Of a stretch of DNA of 64,000 nt, positions 8,661 to 16,788 are shown one piece after another. The stretch lies in IMG/VR virus record IMGVR_UViG_3300032218_002851, positions 1 to 64,000 of that record, one strand, 5' to 3'. The notes below the pieces were generated by a model that was not told the DNA's origin, searched no databases, and was given only the letters and a program-made list of their open reading frames with translations. How positions within the stretch are numbered: the stretch's first letter is position 1; every line of letters starts with the position of its first letter. The stretch is from a virus. Lineage: Duplodnaviria > Caudoviricetes. The translations under genes were made by a program, and so were the position numbers.

Positions 8661-8997
8661 TGATCACCTTTACATGAGTTACATTGGCTACTTTGAAGCT
8701 GCGCCATGCTTGCTTATCAGTACACCAGGCACTGAGATTATGTTCAGACTTGACTCGTACCCTAGGTTGCTTAGATTCAGTAATATTAAGTGTGGTATTA
8801 GTAGCCTTCAAAGTAGGACGCGGCGAATAAGGAATCTTACTCGCGTCCATTGTGCAAGGCATCGTCCGTAAAGTGCCATCTACTTTAGTAAAAGTGACTT
8901 CGCATACACTCTTTTTTAAGAGGTTTTCAATTTCTTGTTTGCGAGTATCTAATTCTACACCAGTGGCATGCGTTTCATAAAGAATCTCAAAGCTCAT
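8650..8997 (-). CDS. WYL-like SH3 beta-barrel protein
   Basis: VTFTKVDGTLRTMPCT...WCTDKQAWRSFKV. Confidence 0.7.
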   Translation of the reverse strand: MSFEILYETHATGVELDTRKQEIENLLKKSVCEVTFTKVDGTLRTMPCTMDASKIPYSPRPTLKATNTTLNITESKQPRVRVKSEHNLSAWCTDKQAWRSFKVANVTHVKVINGN

Positions 8998-9239
8998 ATA
9001 TTTTCCTTTATAAGTTCAGACATTACCATTTCTTTAGCTCGTTGTGCGTCTTCAGCAGTGACAGCACTGAGTAGACTGGGAGCTATCATGTTTATCAATG
9101 ATATTACAGCGCATTCTCCTTCAGCTGTCAAGGCTGGTTTATCAAAAGAATACACTGCTTTTTTATAATACTTATTACTAAGCAGCAGTGAACGAACAGC
9201 ACCGTATAAGATATAACCATAATCTTCTGGCGTAGTCAT
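8994..9239 (-). CDS. Hypothetical protein
   Basis: ORF track; ATGA overlap. Confidence 0.55.
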   Translation of the reverse strand: MTTPEDYGYILYGAVRSLLLSNKYYKKAVYSFDKPALTAEGECAVISLINMIAPSLLSAVTAEDAQRAKEMVMSELIKENI

Positions 9240-9276
9240 GTTAACCTCAGATTTTTTCGAATGTTTAATGGTTCAT

Positions 9277-9516
9277 TCAATGCAGTTTCCTACTAACTAG
9301 ATTATTAATTACTTGTTCGTAAAGTTCTGGATCTGATTCTTTAAGTTCAGATAGATCCATCAGAAGATCATTATGTTGTAAGTCTTCTAAGGTCATGTTA
9401 GAGAACAGTTCCTGTACTTCTCTGATCATTTCATTCATTTCTTCTTGAGTGCCTTCAAATGAGTCAAACGCGCCGGGCGCAAACTCTACTTTAAATTTAA
9501 TTTTCTTATCAGTCAT
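9277..9516 (-). CDS. Acidic hypothetical protein
   Basis: KVEFAPGAFDSFEGTQEE; RBS AAGGA. Confidence 0.6.
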   Translation of the reverse strand: MTDKKIKFKVEFAPGAFDSFEGTQEEMNEMIREVQELFSNMTLEDLQHNDLLMDLSELKESDPELYEQVINNLVSRKLH

Positions 9517-9529
9517 TTAAAGGTCCTTT

Positions 9530-9791
9530 CTATGTTAGCGCCTCTGATTATAAAATGCTTTCCCTGTGCGGCGGTACTAATTAGCGTATCCAAAGCTTTC
9601 ATGCGTCGTCTGGTATCGCAAAAGGGGGTAACCCGGATGCGACCATCAGCCTACTCACTCTCTCAACTACGCCTTCCATCCGCTCCAACGACCACAGGAA
9701 ACTATCGAGTGCCATCGCTCTTCTCTACCTAAGAGTAAGGTCCTGCAGCTGCGACACTGCTTCAATCATGCGGACGCACACTAGTCGATGG
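9530..9791 (-). ncRNA. Candidate structured non-coding RNA
   Basis: GC-richer intergenic gap with CCAUCG/CGAUGG-closed multi-hairpin, then a long rod (UUUCCUGUG/CACAGGGAAA, AGCG/CGCU, UGGUCGCA/UGCGAUACCA, GGG-UUAC-CCC). Family unknown. Confidence 0.45.
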
Positions 9792-10019
9792 CTACTCGAC
9801 ACGTTCGTACCACTGAGTATCTTTTGATGACTGCTTGAGCAGTATCAAAAGATATTCTCCTGGATGATTAGGTTTATTATATGAGTCATGAGATACTTTA
9901 TCGTAACACTTGGGGCAAAAGTAACCACTGATACCAAAGTAATTTCTCAAACCCCACCATTGTCCTTTATTGGAATCGGTTCCGCAGTTGGTGCAACTCC
10001 TGGCATGGTGTGTTTTCAT
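9792..10019 (-). CDS. Small zinc-finger protein
   Basis: CxxC ... CxxC. Confidence 0.6.
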   Translation of the reverse strand: MKTHHARSCTNCGTDSNKGQWWGLRNYFGISGYFCPKCYDKVSHDSYNKPNHPGEYLLILLKQSSKDTQWYERVE

Positions 10020-10054
10020 ATTAATGTTTCTTTTTTTAAGGACTTGAACTCACA

Positions 10055-10516
10055 TTATTGATTTTCTTGGGTTTTTACTAGTGCACAGATTGTCAGAAAG
10101 TGTTCATACGCCTGGCGCACTGACTCGTGTTTCATAGCCTTTTCAGCTTCTTCGCGGAACGCAGTCAGGGCAGCCTCAGCGATATCACGGGCACTGGCAG
10201 AGGTGATAGGAGCCAGATCGTCGCCCAAGGCTTTGGCTAGCTTCCGCCATGCGTTTAACTGTTCTGGTGTTAGTTCTTTCCTAGATGGACGATATTCACT
10301 AGCTTTGGTTATTGCCTCACAAATAGAATCTTCTGCCAACATGCCGGCTGCGATCATCGGTGCAAAAGCAGGATCGATATGAAATCGTCGGCTGGTTGAG
10401 CCATATTTGGCTACCACCATGGTAGCACCATATGGATAAGAGTCCATTAACTGCTGGTCATATTCGGCCACTGGCACATAACGCCGACCCTTCTTGCGAT
10501 AGAGAACGGTACTCAT
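10055..10516 (-). CDS. Hypothetical protein
   Basis: Start adjusted to MSTVLYRKKGRRY. Confidence 0.6.
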   Translation of the reverse strand: MSTVLYRKKGRRYVPVAEYDQQLMDSYPYGATMVVAKYGSTSRRFHIDPAFAPMIAAGMLAEDSICEAITKASEYRPSRKELTPEQLNAWRKLAKALGDDLAPITSASARDIAEAALTAFREEAEKAMKHESVRQAYEHFLTICALVKTQENQ

Positions 10517-10872
10517 GTTATTTTCTCCTGTAATATCTTCCATGCTTTGTCTTGTTCTTGTTTTAATAACATAGCTGCGATACGCGCAGCTTCACGCTTT
10601 TCACCTTCAGCACGCTTTTTGTCGTCGCTGATTCGTATCATTCTATCATAATCTCGTGCCCAGATGACACCGTTCAGCCAATTTTCAACTGCGTCTAAGT
10701 CACCTATCATAAGTTCTACATCTCTAGCATAGATGGGCAGACTATCGTCATTAAACGATATTAGACTGATAGTATCTGTGCGTGAAAATCTACCTCGACT
10801 AAAATCTAAACCAATTAGGTTAGCTAGCTCGCGGAGACGAACAATACGTTCAACGGTATTCATTCCAATCAT
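10513..10872 (-). CDS. Hypothetical protein
   Basis: ORF track. Confidence 0.55.
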   Translation of the reverse strand: MIGMNTVERIVRLRELANLIGLDFSRGRFSRTDTISLISFNDDSLPIYARDVELMIGDLDAVENWLNGVIWARDYDRMIRISDDKKRAEGEKREAARIAAMLLKQEQDKAWKILQEKIT

Positions 10873-11015
10873 GGCTTTTTTCTATATCTCAGTTTGATCA
10901 TTCTCGGAATATCTAAAATAGAAGCTAGTATGAGAAATATAATAGCAAGAAAAACAAACCAAATAATTGATAAAAATTTGATTATTTTTTGTGCAACAGT
11001 TCTACTCATGCGTAG

Positions 11016-11044
11016 ATCTTACACGACATCAAAAGACTTGTCAA
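11016..11044 (-). promoter_or_regulatory. sigma70-type early promoter
   Basis: TTGACA-17-TAAGAT. Confidence 0.7.
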
Positions 11045-11067
11045 GTCACCAGCAATAAATATTTTCT

Positions 11068-11184
11068 GGCATCAATGTGCTGCTCAGACAAGTTTCTTTC
11101 AAGCAATTTATACTAAGTGATTGATTTTTATAGTTTTTTTCTCAGGACTGAATAAAAAGATAGTCTGATTAAGTTATTGATTTT
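11068..11184. repeat. Fixed-spacing intergenic element, copy 1 of 3
   Basis: ATCAATGTGCTGCT (11071), TTTCAAG, TAAGTGATTGAT, CAGGACTGA (+72), TAAGTTATTGATTT (+99). Confidence 0.85.
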
Positions 11185-11193
11185 GCAGTACTT

Positions 11194-11403
11194 TTATGAC
11201 CATCGCAACGTCCACAGTAAGTATCCAGACTCGTCTGTAAATTCGATTTGATCACGACGATTCATTTTGCCTCCGTACTCAGACAATGTTAAATTTATCT
11301 TGTGAATTGTAACCTTTTGTCCGTCATACTGTTGGAGATCAAGTATCATATTTTTCCATGCAAGAGGACAATCAGCTACAGTAGGTCCAAGCTGAACTAT
11401 CAA
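11194..11403 (-). CDS. Small protein of C-terminal L-x-W family
   Basis: DCPLAWKNMI...LLWTLRWS. Confidence 0.6.
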   Translation of the reverse strand: MIVQLGPTVADCPLAWKNMILDLQQYDGQKVTIHKINLTLSEYGGKMNRRDQIEFTDESGYLLWTLRWS

Positions 11404-11439
11404 GTACCCCCCCTGCTCATTTAAACTTCTGGTTGTTTT

Positions 11440-11919
11440 TCACTCATCATCGACGGTTTCTTCATCTTCATCATTTTCTTCGTTTAAAAGATTGCGAAGG
11501 TCACCGTATTCTATCAGGTCTTCGGGAATCTCTTCAATGTCTCCGTCAGTATCATAACATTCATCTACTCCATCATGATACTTACCAATAAAGCCTACAC
11601 CGTCTTCATGGTAAAGGGCATCAATTTGATAACCTTGTTCTGTCATAAAATCATATAGGGCAATCGGAGGTGACCATGCAGAATTAAAAGAAAAGGAAAG
11701 TGAACCATCATTATGCAATTCCCAGTCTTCGGGTTCTATATCCCATTTAGTCCCCCAATTATCACGACACCAACTATATGATTCTTTTTCAGTCTCAGGA
11801 ACAGGACGAATTAAATTGAAAAGTTCAGGAATTTTTTTCTGAAGTTCAGCAACAAGAACCTCAATCTTGCTTTTGTCAGGGTGAGTTACAGTTACATTAT
11901 TCCAGCACCAATTTGGCAT
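11440..11919 (-). CDS. MPNWC-family (ferredoxin-like fold) phage protein
   Basis: MPNWCWN...WCRDNWGTKWDI...FNSAWSPP; paralog of 39765..40274. Confidence 0.7.
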   Translation of the reverse strand: MPNWCWNNVTVTHPDKSKIEVLVAELQKKIPELFNLIRPVPETEKESYSWCRDNWGTKWDIEPEDWELHNDGSLSFSFNSAWSPPIALYDFMTEQGYQIDALYHEDGVGFIGKYHDGVDECYDTDGDIEEIPEDLIEYGDLRNLLNEENDEDEETVDDE

Positions 11920-12075
11920 GTTAGAATCCTTTGTTGTATTGAGTATGTGGACGTAGAGTAAAGATCGTTCCTATTGGAGAAGTCATTCGCCCGAGGCAGT
12001 ACCGAAAAGCAGAAGTCGCCATCAGCCCGTTCATGCCCCATGCTTCTTCGAGCGTCAATTCTGGTTTAATCTTTT

Positions 12076-12258
12076 TCACTTTTTATCCTCTGGAATTGCA
12101 ATTATCACACATTTTTGATCTCTAGGTAAAGATTTTTCACATTGTTTTAGGGCATCTGTTGCTTGCGTGAATGAATCCGGGCAAAGTGCAATAAGCAAAC
12201 AAACAGTAACTACTATGCCACCTAGAAACCCTATAGCACCTACAATATCTTCTTTCAT
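12076..12258 (-). CDS. Small membrane protein
   Basis: N-terminal TM, C-terminal CEKSLPRDQKC. Confidence 0.55.
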   Translation of the reverse strand: MKEDIVGAIGFLGGIVVTVCLLIALCPDSFTQATDALKQCEKSLPRDQKCVIIAIPEDKK

Positions 12259-12259
12259 A

Positions 12260-12538
12260 TCAAATTCCTCGGTTAATCACTTCAAGCATAAATTTAATTC
12301 GACCAGGGCAATTCCATCGGTCAGAGATATACCGCAACTGAGCCTTTACACTATCCATATCTTCAATAATGTCTAGGTAATACGCATCGTATTCAGTTAA
12401 TTCAGGGTCAGTCTTACGAAACCATTCTAATCGTTTCTCCAGATGATTCTTACACTTCTGAAAATGACTTAGATAGTTATCACGAGCAAACCGTTTGAAT
12501 GCAAGACTGACATTACGATTGATTTCTTGTGGTCTCAT
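12260..12538 (-). CDS. Hypothetical protein
   Basis: ORF track. Confidence 0.5.
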   Translation of the reverse strand: MRPQEINRNVSLAFKRFARDNYLSHFQKCKNHLEKRLEWFRKTDPELTEYDAYYLDIIEDMDSVKAQLRYISDRWNCPGRIKFMLEVINRGI

Positions 12539-12774
12539 TGTTCATTCCCAAAGTGTTCCCAAATTCTCGCCGCAGCTTCATATGCTGGGCCATTTTCATC
12601 TTTCCTAACTTGTGCAATACATTCTCGCACAATCAACTCAGCGAACTTTTGCAAATCTTCTTTTTGAAAAATTACAAGATTTTGCCATTCCTCATCGCCG
12701 CCTTCACCACTTGGATATCCCAATGGATACCATGCGTTAGCCCGTTCAGCAAGTTCTTTAATTCGTTCATTCAT
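12535..12774 (-). CDS. MNERI-family small protein
   Basis: MNERIKELA...KFAELIVREC. Confidence 0.65.
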   Translation of the reverse strand: MNERIKELAERANAWYPLGYPSGEGGDEEWQNLVIFQKEDLQKFAELIVRECIAQVRKDENGPAYEAAARIWEHFGNEQ

Positions 12775-12974
12775 TCTTCAATGTTCTCCAAAAACAGTTT
12801 GACTTGTTTTATTTTTACCCCGCAACGCTTTGCGATAACAGACAAACCCATATTATGCTCCACTCGCAGGTGGACGATCATTAGCCTTAAAGCCAATGTC
12901 TCTGCACTTTTTGCAGCGTTGGTGGCATGAGCCGCAGCATTAGAATGCAGATTGTATAACTGAACTTCATTCAT
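12771..12974 (-). CDS. Small HTH-like protein
   Basis: GLSVIAKRCGVKIKQVK; start adjusted to MNEVQ. Confidence 0.5.
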   Translation of the reverse strand: MNEVQLYNLHSNAAAHATNAAKSAETLALRLMIVHLRVEHNMGLSVIAKRCGVKIKQVKLFLENIEE

Positions 12975-13153
12975 TCTGCAACCTCGTGCTCTTCCAGCCA
13001 ATAATTGCCGCCTAGGATTTGGCGATTTAGATTCGTATCATAAGACTGTCCCAGTGAACCAAACCGTTCTGCAATGGCTTCTTCACTAAAAAAGACACCC
13101 TCAACCGTTTGACCATATCCACGGTCTTTTTGGAAGACGATATAGACCTTCAT
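12971..13153 (-). CDS. Small hypothetical protein
   Basis: MKVYIVF...VEGVF...A. Confidence 0.55.
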   Translation of the reverse strand: MKVYIVFQKDRGYGQTVEGVFFSEEAIAERFGSLGQSYDTNLNRQILGGNYWLEEHEVAE

Positions 13154-13245
13154 TCTTCAATCCTCGTTTCAATTTATAAGTCAATTATAATTTATAAATT
13201 AAAAAAAGTAAACAACTTTCTTTCTTGTAAAATCAATAACTTAGG

Positions 13246-13533
13246 TTATGCGGAAGTGGTGTCTGGAAAAAGAGAAATATAGCGTTGTTTCAATTCCATC
13301 TTTGGCGACAAGAAATGATTAACGTGCCCAACTTTATTGAGTCGCAATCCATCTTCATATTCTTCTGCAAAATCCAGATAAGGAATTAAATCAATGTTTG
13401 AACCGTCACCCCTGATCTCTACTGGACGCCGAACGCAATAGTGATCAAAATCAGCAGGGTTACTAAGATGTTCTCCAATAATCGCCTTTCCATTTTTCAA
13501 CACAAAAATTTGAATATTCATAAGGTGTTCCAT
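13246..13533 (-). CDS. Hypothetical (Sm-like beta protein)
   Basis: IFVLKNGKAIIGE...LIPYLDFA. Confidence 0.5.
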   Translation of the reverse strand: MEHLMNIQIFVLKNGKAIIGEHLSNPADFDHYCVRRPVEIRGDGSNIDLIPYLDFAEEYEDGLRLNKVGHVNHFLSPKMELKQRYISLFPDTTSA

Positions 13534-13550
13534 ATTGTAAAATCAATGAC

Positions 13551-13955
13551 TTACGATTGTCTATCGCGAGGATCCATTCCACCATCGCTGATAATGTCAC
13601 TGTATTTGTCACTATATTTGCTGACAGTTTTTTCTTTTAATGTTCTTACGACTTCTTTTTCTATTTCTTCCGAAGTCCAAATGCAATTATGGATTGTCAA
13701 GAACCCTGACATTTGAGCCACCGCATAGGATTCAGGACCAAATCCAAACACATCGTATAACATACCACGATAGCTTCGATCTTCTTCAATCTCACCTTTA
13801 TACAATCGGCGCATCACTGCACAAAAAGCCTGTAGCTGTTGCTCTTCGCTAAGAGAGTTCCAAAACTCTTCTGATTCTTTTTCTTCTTTTGCCATTGCTT
13901 CTTGAAATACAGGACGAAGCTCGTCAAGAGTTTCAATCAGTGTTTTGTCAGTCAT
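13551..13955 (-). CDS. Hypothetical protein
   Basis: FWNSLSEEQQLQAFCAVMRR...SYRGMLYDVFGF. Confidence 0.65.
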   Translation of the reverse strand: MTDKTLIETLDELRPVFQEAMAKEEKESEEFWNSLSEEQQLQAFCAVMRRLYKGEIEEDRSYRGMLYDVFGFGPESYAVAQMSGFLTIHNCIWTSEEIEKEVVRTLKEKTVSKYSDKYSDIISDGGMDPRDRQS

Positions 13956-14274
13956 TATTCTTCCCCTCCTCCGCTGCCCTCAACGCCGCCCACGCCCTTC
14001 CCGCCATCTCCACCATCTCTTCCGCCAAGTAGGTCGCCGCCCGCGCCGCCGCCAGCGCCGCGTCGTCTTCGGGCGATTCAGGGAAGCTAGCCCACACCGC
14101 CTCTGACACAGGCACCCACGCCACATCCGCCGCCTGTTCCGCCGCGTAAGCCGCCTCCCACACTGTGTCCTGCGTTCTCTCTTCGCGCATCCGTGCCCAC
14201 TCTGAGCCGAAGCCATGAGCGTCAGCAAATGGCTGGTACTGGGCTAAACGTTCCCACATTTCATCAAGTGTCAT
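13948..14274 (-). CDS. Ala/Glu-rich hypothetical protein, GC-rich
   Basis: MTLDEMWERLAQYQPFAD; visibly higher GC than flanks. Confidence 0.55.
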   Translation of the reverse strand: MTLDEMWERLAQYQPFADAHGFGSEWARMREERTQDTVWEAAYAAEQAADVAWVPVSEAVWASFPESPEDDAALAAARAATYLAEEMVEMAGRAWAALRAAEEGKNND

Positions 14275-14669
14275 TATTCCTCTCCCACACGATGGCAAGA
14301 ATCACATCGAGTCGTAATCCAACCATCATTTCTGATCTTGCCTTTGTCACCACAAAGCTCACAGATACGCATACTCATTGATTCAGCCATTGTGATCAGT
14401 CCGATGATATATTCATCTTCACCGTCAACATAGAACCTAAGCGCACCAAACTTTTCTTTGACTTGCATAACGACGACTTGAGGAGCATCACCGCCTCGAC
14501 CATATACTATATGATTCTTAATGTTAGCGCATAGAATGTTGATAAGATCATACCATCCATCGCCACAGTCAAACCCCCAACACATAGCAGTTTCTTGGGG
14601 AGAACCGTTTCTCTGAGCAAAGAGTACAGGATACTTTTCGCACAGTTGTTTATCTAGTTCTGGACTCAT
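14274..14669 (-). CDS. Conserved phage protein with C-terminal Zn ribbon
   Basis: GFDCGDGWYDLI...QVKEKFGALRFY...CELCG...CDSC. Confidence 0.75.
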   Translation of the reverse strand: MSPELDKQLCEKYPVLFAQRNGSPQETAMCWGFDCGDGWYDLINILCANIKNHIVYGRGGDAPQVVVMQVKEKFGALRFYVDGEDEYIIGLITMAESMSMRICELCGDKGKIRNDGWITTRCDSCHRVGEE

Positions 14670-14677
14670 TTTTTCGT

Positions 14678-14920
14678 TTACTCGTCGCCGTCTTTGATTA
14701 TTTGGCTTTGGTATTCAACTTTGCCAACAACAATCTCAAACTGAGAATCGTCTATCCAGCACTTAACCAAAATCCATTCCTGCCCTTTGTCATTAGGCAT
14801 CATCCAATCAACATCTTCACATATCAAACGATCAATGCACTCACGAACAAAATTCGGAAAATGCGACGGATATTTTGGTCGGCCAAACTTACCTTTCTTC
14901 ACTACGTCACTATCATTCAT
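14678..14920 (-). CDS. Hypothetical protein
   Basis: ORF track. Confidence 0.5.
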   Translation of the reverse strand: MNDSDVVKKGKFGRPKYPSHFPNFVRECIDRLICEDVDWMMPNDKGQEWILVKCWIDDSQFEIVVGKVEYQSQIIKDGDE

Positions 14921-14936
14921 TCTTCAATCTCCTTTT

Positions 14937-15164
14937 TCATTCTTCAATTCCAAAATGTTGTTTAATGCGTTCACCAATTATGCTTTTGCCATTTTCAACA
15001 GAATGATCTGCAACAGCAACACACTCTTGAATAATGAATTGAGCAAAATCTATGACCTCTTGTTGATCTGCATAACCTGAGACAAAGTAGTTCCGAGGAG
15101 TTTCGTTGTCAATGTAATTTAAAAGATGTGCCTTCAGTCCAAGTTCAATAATTCGTTCGTTCAT
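14937..15164 (-). CDS. MNERI-family small protein (tandem copy A)
   Basis: Near-identical N-terminal 48 aa to 15220..15465. Confidence 0.7.
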   Translation of the reverse strand: MNERIIELGLKAHLLNYIDNETPRNYFVSGYADQQEVIDFAQFIIQECVAVADHSVENGKSIIGERIKQHFGIEE

Positions 15165-15465
15165 TCTTCAACCCTTGTTTCAATTTATAAGTCAATTATA
15201 ATCTATAGCTTATAAAACGTCAATAATTTTTTTTAATACCAAAACGATCTTTAATCACACTAATAGGATGCGGATATTCTTCACCGGGAAGACTCCAACT
15301 ATATGGTGTGATTATATCGACACATTCTTGAATAATGAATTGAGCAAAATCTATGACCTCTTGTTGATCTGCATAACCTGAGACAAAGTAGTTCGGAGGA
15401 GTTTCGTTGTCAATGTAATTTAAGAGATGTGCCTTGAGTCCAAGTTCAATAATTCGTTTGTTCAT
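15021..15465. repeat. Direct repeat ~144 bp (15021-15164 vs 15322-15465)
   Basis: Near-identical DNA at offset 301. Confidence 0.9.
15220..15465 (-). CDS. MNERI-family small protein (tandem copy B)
   Basis: MNKRIIELGLKAHLLNYIDNETP. Confidence 0.7.
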   Translation of the reverse strand: MNKRIIELGLKAHLLNYIDNETPPNYFVSGYADQQEVIDFAQFIIQECVDIITPYSWSLPGEEYPHPISVIKDRFGIKKNY

Positions 15466-15671
15466 CGTAATTCCTTTAACAGTTCTGTAAATGTAAATGA
15501 ACGACCAGTAGTATAAACAATGTCAAAACTATCATTCGCAATGTATTTCCGATTGCGATTACAATTTACATATTCACCTCGATCATCAATATAAACCTGT
15601 CGCATCTGGGTGAAGGTGTGATCCACATCACCGTCAAGAACGACTCGGGTAGTAATTTTGCGTTTGGTCAT
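15462..15671 (-). CDS. Small hypothetical protein
   Basis: ATGA overlaps at both ends. Confidence 0.55.
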   Translation of the reverse strand: MTKRKITTRVVLDGDVDHTFTQMRQVYIDDRGEYVNCNRNRKYIANDSFDIVYTTGRSFTFTELLKELR

Positions 15672-16159
15672 TCTTCAATCCTTGCGCGGATTGCATCACC
15701 ATAGGTTCCGCCACCTTCACATAAGATATGATCGACTAATTGAGCGCACGCCTCCCGCTCTTTCTCTCGTTCTTCTTTTAGTCTATCAGCAAACTTTTCT
15801 GCAAGAGCATCAAAGAACACTTTAGCACTCTCTTCAGCATCTCCTTCAAACACCATCACACCACCATTAAAGTCAAGTCTCCCAATCCGGCGACCATCAA
15901 TGTGAAACTCAACATTATAATCTGGTTTCAAATCAAAAAGAGAAAGGGAGTTAGTATTGGTGTGTGCTACTAAGTCCTTGATATTCATAGGATAATCAGT
16001 AATTTCTGTAATTTCTTTCATAGATTCTTTGCCTTTATTCTGTTCTTCCATCCAGCGAACAGCCATCGTAAAGATATAGAGTTCGCTTAGACGATACGCA
16101 GGATAGTTAGAAAAACGCTTAAATGCTTCTAGGATTTCTTCTTCGGATAGTTCTTTCAT
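15668..16159 (-). CDS. Hypothetical protein
   Basis: Ends EREACAQL...IRARIEE; start adjusted to MKELSEEE. Confidence 0.55.
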   Translation of the reverse strand: MKELSEEEILEAFKRFSNYPAYRLSELYIFTMAVRWMEEQNKGKESMKEITEITDYPMNIKDLVAHTNTNSLSLFDLKPDYNVEFHIDGRRIGRLDFNGGVMVFEGDAEESAKVFFDALAEKFADRLKEEREKEREACAQLVDHILCEGGGTYGDAIRARIEE

Positions 16160-16368
16160 TTTTTGATACCAAATCGATTCACACGCAACCATTCTAACTG
16201 ATTAGCAGCTTCATCGTGTCCGTGGAAAAAAAGATTGTCAATACACTCTTGAATGATCAACTCAACAAATCGTCCAGTTTGTTGCCACGCTTCTTCGGTA
16301 GCCATTCCTAACACATAGGATTTGATTCCGGCTTGAATTGCGAGGTCTTCAATTTTTTGTCTTGTCAT
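16156..16368 (-). CDS. MNERI-family-like small protein
   Basis: LAIQAG...FVELIIQEC...RFGIK. Confidence 0.6.
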   Translation of the reverse strand: MTRQKIEDLAIQAGIKSYVLGMATEEAWQQTGRFVELIIQECIDNLFFHGHDEAANQLEWLRVNRFGIKK

Positions 16369-16553
16369 TATGAACCTCTTAGTCTAAAGATATCACGACA
16401 TAGCTTCTGATTCAACTCAGACACCTTGAGTTCCAGTTCTTCAATCCTGTTAGCGGCTTCTGCAATACAAGCATTTGCCACACCATCATCAGACTGAACA
16501 TCCTCTGATAAGATTCTGAGCGCTTTGATGAGGGTGTTAGATTTAGTTTTCAT
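16368..16553 (-). CDS. Small hypothetical protein
   Basis: DDGVANACIAEAANRIEEL. Confidence 0.55.
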   Translation of the reverse strand: MKTKSNTLIKALRILSEDVQSDDGVANACIAEAANRIEELELKVSELNQKLCRDIFRLRGS

Positions 16554-16779
16554 TTTTCATCCAAGAAGGTTCAAACCAACCTAGAGTCGTCTTCAAAGCA
16601 AGAAGATGGTTTTCAATCTCTACGATATCCTTCTCACGGTCGCTAGTAAAGACGCCAAAAGAATTGCCATTACGGTTACGGTTATCCAGTTCCATCTCAA
16701 GCAATGCAATAGTGTCTTTGAGTTCATCAACTACAATTTGACTTACTTGGTCTTCAAACAATGTGATTGTCACTTCCAT
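16543..16779 (-). CDS. Small hypothetical protein
   Basis: ORF track. Confidence 0.55.
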   Translation of the reverse strand: MEVTITLFEDQVSQIVVDELKDTIALLEMELDNRNRNGNSFGVFTSDREKDIVEIENHLLALKTTLGWFEPSWMKNEN

Positions 16780-16788
16780 CTTAATCTC

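Noticed and set aside
9541-9600. Resemblance to c-di-GMP-I riboswitch (GCACAGGG) and RNase P RNA
   Set aside because: No GAAA tetraloop/receptor or P3 elements; no GAGGAAAGUCC or GAACCCGGCUUA RNase P signatures.
9532-9732. Plus-strand 66-aa ORF in the structured gap
   Set aside because: Against local gene orientation, no RBS or promoter; structure explains the GC richness better.
11921-12075. Possible truncated AFRYCLGRMT small ORF (pseudogene?)
   Set aside because: Only ~50 aa and family recall is uncertain; not enough to call a pseudogene.
13902-14228. Pro-rich plus-strand ORF and Arg-rich alternative-frame ORF
   Set aside because: Frame shadows of the GC-rich Ala/Glu gene 13948..14274.
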